This document shows, piece by piece, positions 1 through 10,361 of a stretch of 64,000 nucleotides of DNA. Under the pieces are notes generated by a model. The model made no database searches and had not been told where the DNA came from. It saw nothing but the letters and a program-made list of their open reading frames with translations. The position numbers were made by a program, and so were the translations under genes. Position 1 is the stretch's first letter, and each line of letters starts with the position of its first letter. Source of the DNA: Dehalococcoidia bacterium (GTDB taxonomy: Bacteria > Chloroflexota > Dehalococcoidia > Dehalococcoidales > W111); the NCBI GenBank assembly GCA_011191985.1, contig DUEU01000069.1, forward strand, positions 6,424 through 70,423, read 5' to 3'.

Positions 1-117
1 TCGGATTCTTAAAGTTTAAATACTTGAATAGTCCGAAACCGAGGTCTTCAGTTGGCGTCAGTTTTGGAGAGGCGTATCAACATACCATCGCCACTGTAAA
101 TTTTCCCGCTCTCACCC

Positions 118-873
118 TCACCTCATCATACTCTTATCTACGCCTCGCCGGTGATTGGCAAAAACCCAGGCTCGCGTTCTCCTGATAAAATCCCTGACCT
201 CTTCTTCAGTTCTGAAATCTTTTTCACCGAAGTAGTCATGATGAACCATCTTGCCAATCGGCCTCATAAACTTTGGCCTCGATTTATAGGCAGGATAGCC
301 CAATGCCATCATATCATAGATATCCACCTCGTTTGGTATGTTTAAAAGGTTCTTCAAAGCGCAATGGTTATACGGTGATGCCACTAAAGATACCCACTGG
401 CTGGCAAGCCCGAGTGTCGTCGTGGCCATATGCATATACAAAAAGGCGTTGGCAAGGCTGGAAATGTAGATTGACTGCCTCAGATACGGGTTATATCGTA
501 CCACCATGGGCAGCCCCAATTGAGTTCTGGTATCGCCGAATAGCAATATAAAAACCGGTGCATTCTGGTATTCCATTTCCGGGTCAAGCCAGGGATGCCG
601 TTTTTGTCGCATCCAGGCCTCACACATATCCTCTATTTTAGAGAATCCTGAGGCACCAGTAGGACGTGGCGGCCTGATAATTTGCACTACCGAATCTTTT
701 AGTTTCTTATCTCTGATGACAACGAATTCCCACGGTTGCGAGTTAAAACCCGAGGGAGCCCAGCGAGCCGCTTCAATAATCTTGTCTACGTATTCATCGG
801 GTACCGCATCCGGCTTGAACCGACGGATACTTCGCCTTGCTTTAACTAACTCCAGAAAGCTGTCGTAATCCAT
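118..873 (-). CDS. Nitroreductase-family flavoprotein
   Basis: ORF 118-906. RRSIRRF and SGFNSQPWEF motifs are typical of the nitroreductase fold. Start moved to ATG 873 (MDYDSF...), which has AGGAAGG 7 nt upstream. Confidence 0.8.
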   Translation of the reverse strand: MDYDSFLELVKARRSIRRFKPDAVPDEYVDKIIEAARWAPSGFNSQPWEFVVIRDKKLKDSVVQIIRPPRPTGASGFSKIEDMCEAWMRQKRHPWLDPEMEYQNAPVFILLFGDTRTQLGLPMVVRYNPYLRQSIYISSLANAFLYMHMATTTLGLASQWVSLVASPYNHCALKNLLNIPNEVDIYDMMALGYPAYKSRPKFMRPIGKMVHHDYFGEKDFRTEEEVRDFIRRTRAWVFANHRRGVDKSMMR

Positions 874-969
874 TTTAACCTTCCTTACCACTAGATAATT
901 GTACATCCCGCTGAGTTTTTATCTCTCTCATTTTCGCAAGAAGTCCGGCGCAATCTTTCCGTTCTTTAG

Positions 970-2385
970 TTAAACGCCGTACTTTCTGGTACTGTTGATG
1001 AAAGCAAGCAAGTTTTCCGGTCTGGCCTGGTCGATTACCGCTCCTGGAGCCAGGAAAAAACCACCGTCAGGCGCCGCTATGTCGAGCAGTCTCTGGCAGT
1101 AGTCCTCCATCTCCTGGGGTGTGCCGGTAGCGAACAGCGCGGCCGGTACATTACCACCAATGCAGGCCCAGCCGCCGAATTTCTCTTTGGCCGCTTTCAT
1201 ATCGGTCTTGTCGAATAACCACGACGTCTTACCTGACGGCAGGCCAGATTCAGCAATGATATCCAGGCGCTGGTTATAGCTGCCCTCCACGAATGGGCTT
1301 GGTATCAAGCCCGCCTCGATTAGCCCCAATAGCAATGCTTTGAAGCTGGGCCAGTAAAATTTAGCAAACTGTTCTTTTGACATAAAGCCATCGGCGCCCT
1401 TGTGCAAAGGGATACTGATATAGGGATTCCCGCTCGCCAGCGCAGATTTGGTGGCCATCTGGATGGCAAAGGGGGTAACCGCCTCACAGGCCGCTATAAC
1501 TTTATCCGGGTGGCGGTACATATCAAGCATGATGCCCCTGGTGCCGCGCATGGTATCACCGATGATGTCGAATGGGGCTTTAGTCATACCACCTCTAAGG
1601 CTCGGTGCTCCCCACTGCCATGTGATCTGCAAATTGGCTGCCTTCATTGGCTTCATATGTTCCACGGCCATATCGGCAGCCTTTAATATCTTCTCCAGCG
1701 AGCCCCGCAGCGAGCCACTGGCCACAGATGCCAGCACCCCCGGGATGCCCACAATTTCAACAAGGTTGTAAAGGTTGGGCAGCAGTTCCAATCCTTTCAA
1801 GTTCTCGAATATCCTCGGGATGTATGTTCGTAGCATGTAGCCGTCAGGGTTAGCAATCAATTGGTCATAATCCTCTGCGGGCATATACTCGCCCTCAGCG
1901 TACTGGAAGCGGATGTTCTCCGCAAGGGCGCCGGAGCGAGAACTGCCGGGCCAGCGGACACAGGTATATCCTATCAAGTCAAGGGCCCCACCGGGCAGGG
2001 AAGGAGCACCGGTGCTGTAATCGGGCTGGAAATCTTCCTGAAATCTCAGGGCCGCTTCAGCCATCCTTTCGGGGCGGTAAAAAGCATCCGCTTGCTTGAA
2101 ACCGGCATGTTCAATTACTACCCCATCGGCCAGCAGTAAATTAGGCACCCGGTCTGGTTTTTTCAAGGCGATAATATCCATCCATCTTTGAGCACGACGC
2201 CGAAAGGTTTCGGCGACTTCTCGTGAGGCGAAGGTTTTACCATTGGGAGTCATTGATAGGCGGCAAAAAAAATCGTATTTCTCATCTGCTGTCATGGAGT
2301 GAAAGTTGTCCGGATATGCTGGTGGCGTTGGCGATGAGGAAAAATCCGGCTTTTTGGAGGATATAGAATACTGAATCTCAGTCAT
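970..2385 (-). CDS. Uroporphyrinogen decarboxylase (URO-D / MtaA-CmuA-like) family protein with N-terminal extension
   Basis: 471-aa ORF whose overall pattern resembles URO-D-fold methyltransferase/decarboxylase paralogs (IPLHKGADGF, GGNVPAALF, APDGGFFLAPG). No corrinoid protein is adjacent. Confidence 0.6.
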   Translation of the reverse strand: MTEIQYSISSKKPDFSSSPTPPAYPDNFHSMTADEKYDFFCRLSMTPNGKTFASREVAETFRRRAQRWMDIIALKKPDRVPNLLLADGVVIEHAGFKQADAFYRPERMAEAALRFQEDFQPDYSTGAPSLPGGALDLIGYTCVRWPGSSRSGALAENIRFQYAEGEYMPAEDYDQLIANPDGYMLRTYIPRIFENLKGLELLPNLYNLVEIVGIPGVLASVASGSLRGSLEKILKAADMAVEHMKPMKAANLQITWQWGAPSLRGGMTKAPFDIIGDTMRGTRGIMLDMYRHPDKVIAACEAVTPFAIQMATKSALASGNPYISIPLHKGADGFMSKEQFAKFYWPSFKALLLGLIEAGLIPSPFVEGSYNQRLDIIAESGLPSGKTSWLFDKTDMKAAKEKFGGWACIGGNVPAALFATGTPQEMEDYCQRLLDIAAPDGGFFLAPGAVIDQARPENLLAFINSTRKYGV

Positions 2386-2392
2386 TGTATAA

Positions 2393-3328
2393 TTATGAAC
2401 CCTCGAAGATACGCCGGGGATTATCGGTCATTATCCGCTCAATGCTCTCCGGAGCAATACCGCCCGCCCGCAACCGGGGGATGAATTCGTCGTCAAGATA
2501 GTTCAGCCTCTTCTCTTCCTGGGATGCCGACGGGCAGGGTTTCTCCCGTATAACCATGATAGCATCCTGGCTGAGCACTAACCGGTCACTGTAGCCGGCG
2601 ACAATGAGCCCGGCAATGGCCACCAGCCTGACCTCATCGCGCTGGAATTCTTCGTATCCTATACGGTCAAAGCCAGCATAGGCCCCGCGTTCTATGATAC
2701 CCAGGTAGTATTTAATATCGCTGCTGCAGCAGGTGTGGCCGATAACTATCCGCGAAAGGTCAGCCCCTTCGCTCTCAAATATGTCTATCTGCTCGATACC
2801 CAGAGTACCGAGATCGGTATGGGTTATGATAGGCACACCGGTGCCTTTACTTACTCGCGCCGCCGCCCGTAGTATTTTCTCCTCAGACTCGGCAAAGGCG
2901 CCACCCCCGGTACATACTTTGATGACACCGGCCTTGGCGCTGGTATTCTGGATGCCCTTAGTGATTTCATACTCCATGATGGCGGCTAAACCATCAACGT
3001 CCATCTGAGCAAAATGGAAGGGGAGGTACATGTTATCGGGGAAACCGGTGGCGGCGATGACATTCATACCCGAACCTTCGGCGGCTGTCATCATTAAGTC
3101 GGCATAGCGGGACATGGTAATCGCGGTGGCATCCACCAGCGTAGATACCCCTCTTTTCTTCATGGTCAACAGCATCTCCGTCACCGTCTTAACCACGTTT
3201 TTCTTATCGAAGTCCAAGAGTGGGTCTAGGTCGACGCCGGGCCACCCAAAAAGCAGGTGTTCGTGCATGCGGGTGCGGCCCAGTGCTGATGAGTCGATAG
3301 GACCCAGCACCGTGTTGACCTTGCTCAT
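2393..3328 (-). CDS. Phosphotriesterase-related (PTER) amidohydrolase-fold metal hydrolase
   Basis: 311 aa with an N-terminal HxH metal motif (RMHEHLLFGW), GVIKVCTGGG and ITHTD motifs. GGGG RBS 7 nt upstream of the ATG. Confidence 0.75.
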   Translation of the reverse strand: MSKVNTVLGPIDSSALGRTRMHEHLLFGWPGVDLDPLLDFDKKNVVKTVTEMLLTMKKRGVSTLVDATAITMSRYADLMMTAAEGSGMNVIAATGFPDNMYLPFHFAQMDVDGLAAIMEYEITKGIQNTSAKAGVIKVCTGGGAFAESEEKILRAAARVSKGTGVPIITHTDLGTLGIEQIDIFESEGADLSRIVIGHTCCSSDIKYYLGIIERGAYAGFDRIGYEEFQRDEVRLVAIAGLIVAGYSDRLVLSQDAIMVIREKPCPSASQEEKRLNYLDDEFIPRLRAGGIAPESIERIMTDNPRRIFEGS

Positions 3329-3419
3329 GCTACTGCCCCTTTCGTAGTCGGCTTTACTATCGCACCGGTGCTACTGGATAATGAGAGACGCCTTTTGGCC
3401 GGTATCCCGAGTTGCCGCT

Positions 3420-4862
3420 CTACTTACCGATGTAGTTTAAGATATTTTTACCAGCAATACGACCGGAATTCAAGGCAAATGCCGATGAAGCCCCCGAAGC
3501 GATATTAATGGGGTAACTATCCCCCCACATTCCACCGGCATCGTATCCACCAGCATAGAGACCGGGAATAACCCTGTCTTTTTTATCCACCACCTCGGTT
3601 TTATGGTTGATCTTGATGCCGCCAAGGGTACCTAGAAAGATGGTACGGGCCCTGATGGCGTAGTATTTCGGCCCCTTCAGTGGCCTGAGGTATTTCTGGT
3701 CTTTGGCAAAAAGGTCATCGCGGCCTTTCTCGCAAAAACTGTTGTACTCGTCAACGGTAGCCTTCAATACCGCCGGGTCTATCCCTATCTTTTCTGCCAG
3801 CTCTGCCACAGAGTCCGCCACGAATATCTCCGTGGTTCCCCTTTCCAGGGCGGCATTCAGTTCCTTATCAAAATCGACCGGCCGGGTCCCCGGAAGATTC
3901 TCCCAGGCAAAATTCCGGTCAATTCCCTTCTCCATCAAATGCTGCTTGATCGATTCATCAAACATGCTGAAGGTGTAGCCTTCCTTGTATCTGGCGTTGA
4001 CATTGCCTACGGAGGTATCGTAAAAGGCGATACCTTCATCGCAGAACCGTTTTCCATGACTGTCAACCCAGAGGTCAGGCTGGGCAGCAACAACCTGAAT
4101 CGGCCCTTTCATGGGGTATTCCGGCCCCATAGGACCAACGCGGAACAACTCCAGGACATCCGTTCCTTCTTCGGCGGCACCGACCTCCCAGGCCATGCGG
4201 ATGCCGTCGCCTACCTTATCGACGTTACCTAAAGGAATTAAATTGACATCCAGGTCATATCCGGTGTATTTCTTAATCCATTCTTTATTGTTGGCATAGC
4301 CGCCGCTGGCGACAAAAACCGCCTTGGCCGCCACCTGTATTTCTTCCCCGTCCTCTGTCTCGACAACGACGCCGGTGATTCGGTCACTTTCCCTGAGAAT
4401 CTTCTTTACCGGCGTTGCCGGCCTGATGTCAACCCCCTTTTCTTTAGCCCGGGTAGCCAGCGTCTTCACCACGGCCTCGCCGGTCCCTTTGACAACATGA
4501 TACGTGCGGGGGGCATCAGGCATATTAATACCAGCTTCGATAAACTCAACACCTTGCCTTTGCAGCCAGGTAATGGTCTCGGCCGATTCATTAACGAAAG
4601 CCCTTACCAAACGGGCGTTGGCCCGCCAGTGGTTGTACTCCATGAGATTTTTAAATGCTTGGTCCCGTGAATAGGTGATGTAGTTCCGCCGTTGCATGTC
4701 GCTTTCTACAGCAAAAACGCCTTCAAAAAAGTTGGAAGACCCCCCTAGAGAGCGCTGTTTTTCAAAAACGATGACCCTAGCACCCCCTTCGGCTGTAGTT
4801 AAGGCCGCCGCCAGGCCAGAAGCACCGGCACCGATAACGACGACATCGGTCTCTAAGTTCAT
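3420..4862 (-). CDS. FAD-dependent oxidoreductase (fumarate reductase / succinate dehydrogenase flavoprotein-like, FAD_binding_2)
   Basis: 480 aa with an N-terminal dinucleotide fold (VVVIGAGASGLAAALTTAEGG..VFEK) and C-terminal GLYAGGYDAGG. Strong RBS GAAGGAG. Confidence 0.75.
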   Translation of the reverse strand: MNLETDVVVIGAGASGLAAALTTAEGGARVIVFEKQRSLGGSSNFFEGVFAVESDMQRRNYITYSRDQAFKNLMEYNHWRANARLVRAFVNESAETITWLQRQGVEFIEAGINMPDAPRTYHVVKGTGEAVVKTLATRAKEKGVDIRPATPVKKILRESDRITGVVVETEDGEEIQVAAKAVFVASGGYANNKEWIKKYTGYDLDVNLIPLGNVDKVGDGIRMAWEVGAAEEGTDVLELFRVGPMGPEYPMKGPIQVVAAQPDLWVDSHGKRFCDEGIAFYDTSVGNVNARYKEGYTFSMFDESIKQHLMEKGIDRNFAWENLPGTRPVDFDKELNAALERGTTEIFVADSVAELAEKIGIDPAVLKATVDEYNSFCEKGRDDLFAKDQKYLRPLKGPKYYAIRARTIFLGTLGGIKINHKTEVVDKKDRVIPGLYAGGYDAGGMWGDSYPINIASGASSAFALNSGRIAGKNILNYIGK

Positions 4863-4913
4863 TGTTTTCTCCTTCTTTCTCTCTTACCGGAATATTTTAC
4901 AGTTTTAAACTTG

Positions 4914-4942
4914 AGTATAATCCTGCGGTGAGATACTGTCAA
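4914..4942 (-). promoter_or_regulatory. Sigma-70-type promoter for the 4862->118 minus-strand gene set
   Basis: The minus strand reads TTGACA (4942-4937), a 17-nt spacer, then TATACT (4919-4914), about 45 nt upstream of the ATG at 4862. Confidence 0.5.
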
Positions 4943-5042
4943 CCAGACTACTCCCCCACTGGTAATGGAATAAAATGACCAAGATACTATAGAAATATGG
5001 TTAAAATAGATGTAGAATTCTATAGAGGGAGGTGGTTATCTA

Positions 5043-6647
5043 ATGAAAAGTACTGGCAAAAAAATATTTCTCACTGTTGCCCTAGCTATTGCCCTATGCC
5101 TGCTGATGGGCGCATTACCGGCTACCGTTTATGCTGTTGGATACCTTCAGCTTGGCTCGGAAATCGGCTCGGTTGGCGAACGTATTGACATTACCGGGTA
5201 CGGTTTCGACAAAAACCGCCTTATTGCTATATATCTATCCCCCATAGACGCCGAGATAGAGGAAGACTATATCAGGGACATCGATGTCTTCCAGAAGGTG
5301 CTGTCGAGGACCACCGACGCCAATGGTAGATTTAGTTCTTACTTCATTGTTCCGGAAAGACTCATGGATGGAGAGGAAGAGGAAGACGTAAAAAGCGGTA
5401 TATACTATATCTATCTCACTGAGGCCCGCATCGGCAAGATAAAGGCTAAAGTCGGGCTTGCTATCGCCGGCCTCAGTCGGGTCAGGCCCAGTGAAGGCCC
5501 GGCGGGGACTGAAGTCAGCATCAGAGGGGACGGTTTCGAGAAGAATGAGGATATCACCGTTTACTTCGATGACGAAAGCGTGCCTATTGTTGGTGGCGAC
5601 ACCAACACTGATATTAGAGGAGACTTTGAATGCACCATTGAAGTCCCCGAGGGCATCGTCGGTGAACATATCCTGGCTGTTGCCGATGATTCCGGTCACC
5701 GGGGGCAGACAGAATTTACCGTACAACCGGGATTAGTGTTAACCCCCTCACCAGCCTCCAAACTGGATAAAGTTACTATCAGGGGAACCGGCTTCAGCAA
5801 GAGGTCCTACATCGACATTTATTTTGACGGTGATGAGCAGATACTAGCCGGTAAATTTACCGATGACCGCGGTAGCTTCAATACTTCTTTGTCCTTGCTG
5901 CCCGACATCCCCGGCGACTATTCGGTGAGGGTCGAAGACGAGGATAAAAATGAGGCCGAGGCGGTCCTGACTATAGTCGCTGGTATCCGCATCAGCCCTG
6001 ATACCGGCAACGTCGGCACCCCGGTTACTGTCACCGGCACCGGCTTCAAGACCAAGACCGCCATAGCGATTACCTACGATAACGACCAGGCACCGGCTAC
6101 CACAACGACTACCGATAGCTATGGTAAATTTGAGGTAACTTTTACTGTCCCGGCCAGCCAATCTGGACTGCACAGTATCACGGCCACCGACGGCACCAGC
6201 ACTTCAAACACGTCTTTCGTTATGGAGTCCGATAATCCGGCCGTGCCGGTACCGGTAGCACCGGAAACAAATGCCAGGGCACCATCACGGGCTGTCTTTG
6301 ACTGGGAGGACGTTGATGATCCCAGCGGGGTCGTCTATAACCTTGAAATCGCCATTAGCCGGGAGTTCACGCCGGGGACCATGGCGCTCCAGAAAACCGG
6401 GCTTACCGAATCAGAATATGCCCTGACCGAAGCGGAACAGCTCAAGCCGACCCAGAAAAACGAACCCTACTACTGGCGTGTAAAGGCGATAGACGGCGCC
6501 TCTAATGAGAGCGAGTGGTCAGAACCAGAGCCATTCGCAGTTGGCGCCACCTTCAATATAATGGACTGGCTCCCGTACATCCTAATGGCGATCGGTGGCC
6601 TGCTCGTTATTTTTATTATCTTCTGGCTCAAAGGGAGAATGGCCTGA
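5043..6647 (+). CDS. Cell-surface protein with about 4 IPT/TIG repeats, an FN3-like domain and a C-terminal TM anchor
   Basis: N-terminal signal/TM (FLTVALAIALCLLMGALPA). Repeated G-x-G-F modules (ITGYGFDKN, IRGDGFEKN, IRGTGFSKR, VTGTGFKTK). C-terminal hydrophobic helix followed by KGRMA. RBS AGGGAGGTGG. Confidence 0.7.
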   Translation: MKSTGKKIFLTVALAIALCLLMGALPATVYAVGYLQLGSEIGSVGERIDITGYGFDKNRLIAIYLSPIDAEIEEDYIRDIDVFQKVLSRTTDANGRFSSYFIVPERLMDGEEEEDVKSGIYYIYLTEARIGKIKAKVGLAIAGLSRVRPSEGPAGTEVSIRGDGFEKNEDITVYFDDESVPIVGGDTNTDIRGDFECTIEVPEGIVGEHILAVADDSGHRGQTEFTVQPGLVLTPSPASKLDKVTIRGTGFSKRSYIDIYFDGDEQILAGKFTDDRGSFNTSLSLLPDIPGDYSVRVEDEDKNEAEAVLTIVAGIRISPDTGNVGTPVTVTGTGFKTKTAIAITYDNDQAPATTTTTDSYGKFEVTFTVPASQSGLHSITATDGTSTSNTSFVMESDNPAVPVPVAPETNARAPSRAVFDWEDVDDPSGVVYNLEIAISREFTPGTMALQKTGLTESEYALTEAEQLKPTQKNEPYYWRVKAIDGASNESEWSEPEPFAVGATFNIMDWLPYILMAIGGLLVIFIIFWLKGRMA

Positions 6648-6761
6648 TATTAAGGCTGTCAGACCCGTGTTGACGGAGTAAATCGTCAGCAAAACAGGGA
6701 TTTAGCGGACAGCCATTTGAGGCTGGTTCTTGGATTTCGTGATATCTCATGAGGAGAATAC

Positions 6762-6790
6762 TTGACAGTATGCCGCCGCGTATTTATAGT
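6762..6790 (+). promoter_or_regulatory. Sigma-70-type promoter of the aldo/keto reductase gene
   Basis: TTGACA (6762-6767), 17-nt spacer, TATAGT (6785-6790), 45 nt upstream of ATG 6835. Confidence 0.5.
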
Positions 6791-6834
6791 ATACCAGAAT
6801 AAAAACAGGCTGATCAGCCAGAAGGGAAATTACC

Positions 6835-7872
6835 ATGCAGTACAAAAACATGGGTAGGACAGGTCTTCACGTCTCTCGAATATGCCTTGGTGCTATGAAC
6901 TACGGGGACCCGGTCAGCGAAACAGAGGCTACTAAAATAGTAAAGAGCGCCCAGGATGCCGGTGTTAACTTTATAGATACCGCCGATGGATACGCTGCGG
7001 GAAAGTCCGAGACAATCTTGGGCAAGGCGATAAAAGGCGACCGTCATTCATTCGTTATCGCCACCAAGGTGTTTGTTAGAACCGGGCCCGGCCCCAATGA
7101 TACCGGGCTGTCACGCAAGCATATCATGCAGGCCATAGAGGACAGCCTGCGGCGGCTGCAGACCGACTATATCGACCTCTACTACTGCCATTTCCCCGAT
7201 TTTGACACCCCCCTTGAGGAGACGCTGCGCGCCATGGATGACCTGGTACGCCAGGGCAAGGTACGTTACCTCGGCTGCTCTAACTTCAGTGCCTACTGGT
7301 TATGCAAAGGGCTATGGCTGAGTGACGTCAATAATCTGGCCCGGTTCGAATGCGTTGAGCCGGTGTACAACCTGCTTACCCGGGATATTGAAATGGAGAT
7401 GTTGCCCATCTGCGCCGGGGAAGGAGTGGGGGTATGTACATATAACCCTCTGGCCGGTGAGATGCTTACCGGCCGGCACGAATTCGGCAAGCAGCCCGCG
7501 GAGGGCCGTTTCACTCACCCCGGTATGGGGGCAGGCTACCGGGAACGCTACTGGTCGGAGATAAACTTCAAGGCGGTAGACCGTCTCAAGCAGTTGGCCA
7601 AGGAACATGGCTGTACCCTGCCCCAGTTCGCCATCGCCTGGATACTGAACAACGATACCATTACATCGGTCCTCAGCGGCACTACCGAAATCAATCAGCT
7701 AGAAGAGAACTTGTCGGCTACCGAGATAAAACTGACACCGGAAGAACTCCAGGCCTGCGATGAGGTTTGGCAGATGTTCCGCCTGCCAAGATACCACTAT
7801 GCCAAGACGGCCGAAGAAATGGCTAAAGTTGTCAAAGGTGTCGAGCAGATAACCAAGGCCGTGAAAAAATAG
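6835..7872 (+). CDS. Aldo/keto reductase family oxidoreductase
   Basis: 345 aa with GVNFIDTADGY, DLYYCH and RYLGCSNF motifs characteristic of the AKR family. Confidence 0.85.
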   Translation: MQYKNMGRTGLHVSRICLGAMNYGDPVSETEATKIVKSAQDAGVNFIDTADGYAAGKSETILGKAIKGDRHSFVIATKVFVRTGPGPNDTGLSRKHIMQAIEDSLRRLQTDYIDLYYCHFPDFDTPLEETLRAMDDLVRQGKVRYLGCSNFSAYWLCKGLWLSDVNNLARFECVEPVYNLLTRDIEMEMLPICAGEGVGVCTYNPLAGEMLTGRHEFGKQPAEGRFTHPGMGAGYRERYWSEINFKAVDRLKQLAKEHGCTLPQFAIAWILNNDTITSVLSGTTEINQLEENLSATEIKLTPEELQACDEVWQMFRLPRYHYAKTAEEMAKVVKGVEQITKAVKK

Positions 7873-7880
7873 TACGAAGG

Positions 7881-10061
7881 CTATTTGCGGGACTTTCTGT
7901 CGCCTCTTGAGTAGAAGAGCGGTATCAACAGAAGGGCCCCCATTGAGGATACCACCATGGCGACCCACATAATATAGGCGACTTGCATGTGTATCCGCAA
8001 AGGGGAGAAAAACAGCACGGAAAGACCGATAGCCAGGCCAAGGGCGTTGGCCAGTATCGGCCGGGAAAGACTAGTCAGGGCCGAGTCTACCGATTCTATC
8101 CTGTCCAGACCGCGATTTCGGAAGTAGTAAATACCGGAGATGAGATGGATGGCGTAGTCCACGCCGACACCGACGGCAATCGCCGACAGATTGGCCGTCA
8201 TTATATTGAGTTGAAATCCGGTTATTGACAGCATGCACATTATGGCGGCAATGGTAATAATAATGGGCAACATGGCAACCAGGGCCGCCCTTACTTTCCT
8301 GATAGTTATCAGAAGCATGATAAAGATTAAGGCAAGCGCCAGCCCCAGGCTGCGAATCTGGCTCTCCACTACCAGACGGTTCATTTCGTCAAAAAGGACC
8401 GGCATGCCGCTGATAGTCCCGATATCAGGGTTATCGGCCACAAATTCCGCCAGCCTGTCCATGTCCAGGGATTCCAAGTCCTCGGTCTTGATAAGCATCC
8501 TCAGGCCATCATCCGAAACCCAACTGTCCAGCTCTTCGTCATCCATCTGCATCAGGAGCCGCTCGACCATCTGAGGGTTCTCCGGATAATCGGCGCTACC
8601 GGTCAGCATTTTATTGATGTTGCCTAAAATGTCAAAAAGAGAAACGGCACTCTGCACCCCGGGCAGCCTCTCCATCTCCCTCTCGGCATCCATAATGTCT
8701 TCGGCAAATTCGTAATCTCTTAATGCCGCGGCGCCTTTATCGGTAGCTATCTCGGCGACGAGGGGCAGGGCCCCACCGAAGTACTTTTCAACCTTGTTAA
8801 AGGTCTGCCTGATTGACGACTCTTCTTTAAAGAACATCAGTTGATTGGAGACGACCTCTAACCTCGGTATATATACGGCGGAAATGACCACGATAGCCAG
8901 GAACGCGACCAAGATTTTGCCCCGGTGCCGCGACATCGCCAGGACAATCCCGGCCAGATTACTCTCCTGGGCAACGGGCGGCGAGGGAGGCAGTTTTACC
9001 CGGGACAGTAAAGCCGGTAGAAAGAAGAGTGAAAGCACTCCCGCATAGCCGATGCCTAATGATACGAATATTCCCATCTGCCTCATGGGTAACACTTCTG
9101 TCCAGGTCAGGGAGGCGAATCCGGCCATGGTGGTAATAGTCGTCAGAAATATCGGCATGCCCACCATATCCATGGTCTCAACGGTGAGCTGCCGGCGGTC
9201 GGTGTATTTACTCATATTGTCCATAAAATGGCTTGTGTAGTGCAGACCATCGGCAGCCCCCATCACGATAACGAATATCGGGCTGATGACGGTTACCAGA
9301 TTCATCTCCTGCCCGCTCCAGCAGATTGTGCCTATGGTCCACAAAGCACCCATACCGGCCGGAATTATGGCGATAATAGTAAACAAGCGCTTGCGGAGAA
9401 TCAAAAAGAAGACCAGTAATATCAGGCAAACAGCCGATGGCGGCAGAATAAAGATTATCCTCTGGAGATAATACCAGAGCGTATCCCCGATGATTTCATT
9501 GCCGGCCAGAGAAATAGTCCAATCGGTCTCATTTTGGACTATCCCCTGCAATGACTTTACCACATCACCAGCAACAGCCTCCGCTTCCAAGCTGACGATA
9601 ATAACCGCCCGGCTGTTATCGTCAGTCAGAAACTGGTCAGTGAGGAAATACTCGTCTTCGATAAATTCGGCTAATATGTCATCGTGGCGCTCTATAAATC
9701 GCTCGTCAACCTCAAAAATCTGGCCCCCCACCGGGATATCCGACGGGATGAAGCTCTCCACCAGAGAAACACCATCCAGTGCCTCTATTTCCTGTTGCAA
9801 CCGATAGACCTTCTGAAGGGCCTCTTTTTCCAGAAGAGAGTTTTCCTGCTCGATAAGCACCGAGATAGCTTCACCGGCCCCGTATTTTTCCTGCAAGTGG
9901 TCATACTCGACTGCCTTGGGATTCTCCGAGGTGAAAAAACTGAGGAAGTCGGTATCAAGCTGAAAGCGGAAAAGGGAAACCAGGGCGGCAATACTTAAGA
10001 TGGCGACCAGAATAATAACCAGTCTGGCTCTGGCATAGATAAATCGAGCAATTTTTTGCAT
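7881..10061 (-). CDS. MMPL / RND-superfamily membrane exporter
   Basis: 726 aa with two blocks of about 6 TM helices, each following a large soluble loop. GADGLHY / GVGVDYAIHL motifs are typical of the MMPL family. Confidence 0.8.
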   Translation of the reverse strand: MQKIARFIYARARLVIILVAILSIAALVSLFRFQLDTDFLSFFTSENPKAVEYDHLQEKYGAGEAISVLIEQENSLLEKEALQKVYRLQQEIEALDGVSLVESFIPSDIPVGGQIFEVDERFIERHDDILAEFIEDEYFLTDQFLTDDNSRAVIIVSLEAEAVAGDVVKSLQGIVQNETDWTISLAGNEIIGDTLWYYLQRIIFILPPSAVCLILLVFFLILRKRLFTIIAIIPAGMGALWTIGTICWSGQEMNLVTVISPIFVIVMGAADGLHYTSHFMDNMSKYTDRRQLTVETMDMVGMPIFLTTITTMAGFASLTWTEVLPMRQMGIFVSLGIGYAGVLSLFFLPALLSRVKLPPSPPVAQESNLAGIVLAMSRHRGKILVAFLAIVVISAVYIPRLEVVSNQLMFFKEESSIRQTFNKVEKYFGGALPLVAEIATDKGAAALRDYEFAEDIMDAEREMERLPGVQSAVSLFDILGNINKMLTGSADYPENPQMVERLLMQMDDEELDSWVSDDGLRMLIKTEDLESLDMDRLAEFVADNPDIGTISGMPVLFDEMNRLVVESQIRSLGLALALIFIMLLITIRKVRAALVAMLPIIITIAAIMCMLSITGFQLNIMTANLSAIAVGVGVDYAIHLISGIYYFRNRGLDRIESVDSALTSLSRPILANALGLAIGLSVLFFSPLRIHMQVAYIMWVAMVVSSMGALLLIPLFYSRGDRKSRK

Positions 10062-10361
10062 AGAGACGCCTCAGGTGACTACTAGATTATAGCCTATAAA
10101 TCCTGTTTTGGGTATCGCCGCCCCTTGACAAGGGTCCCAAGCAAGGCTTAGAAGGCAGTAAAATTTGTATCCTTGTCGTTGGCGATGATGGGGTAATCAG
10201 GTTGCTCTTTAAAGATACCCTGGAAGAGCGTGTAGTGTGTTTACCGCTACTAGGCCGGGAGCTATTGAGGGTATCCAAACAGGGGACTTCGTAAATGGTT
10301 TTCTGAATACTAACCGGTAAAATGGCTTACTGGTGCCAGAAGTTTCCGCCGGGGTAGTTTT

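Noticed and set aside
6654-6714. Terminator after the IPT/TIG surface-protein gene
   Set aside because: Only a long-range GGCTGTC/GACAGCC pairing enclosing a weak 5-bp hairpin is present, with no U-tract. This is not enough to call.
7343-7351. tRNA T-arm-like GGTTCGAAT
   Set aside because: It lies inside the aldo/keto reductase reading frame, with no acceptor or anticodon stems around it. No tRNA was found anywhere in the window.
10087-10278. 63-aa ORF upstream of the MMPL gene. Also 10768-11214 on the plus strand.
   Set aside because: The translations are Ser/Arg/Pro-rich and low in complexity, with no RBS. These ORFs overlap promoter or intergenic sequence, or better-supported opposite-strand ORFs.
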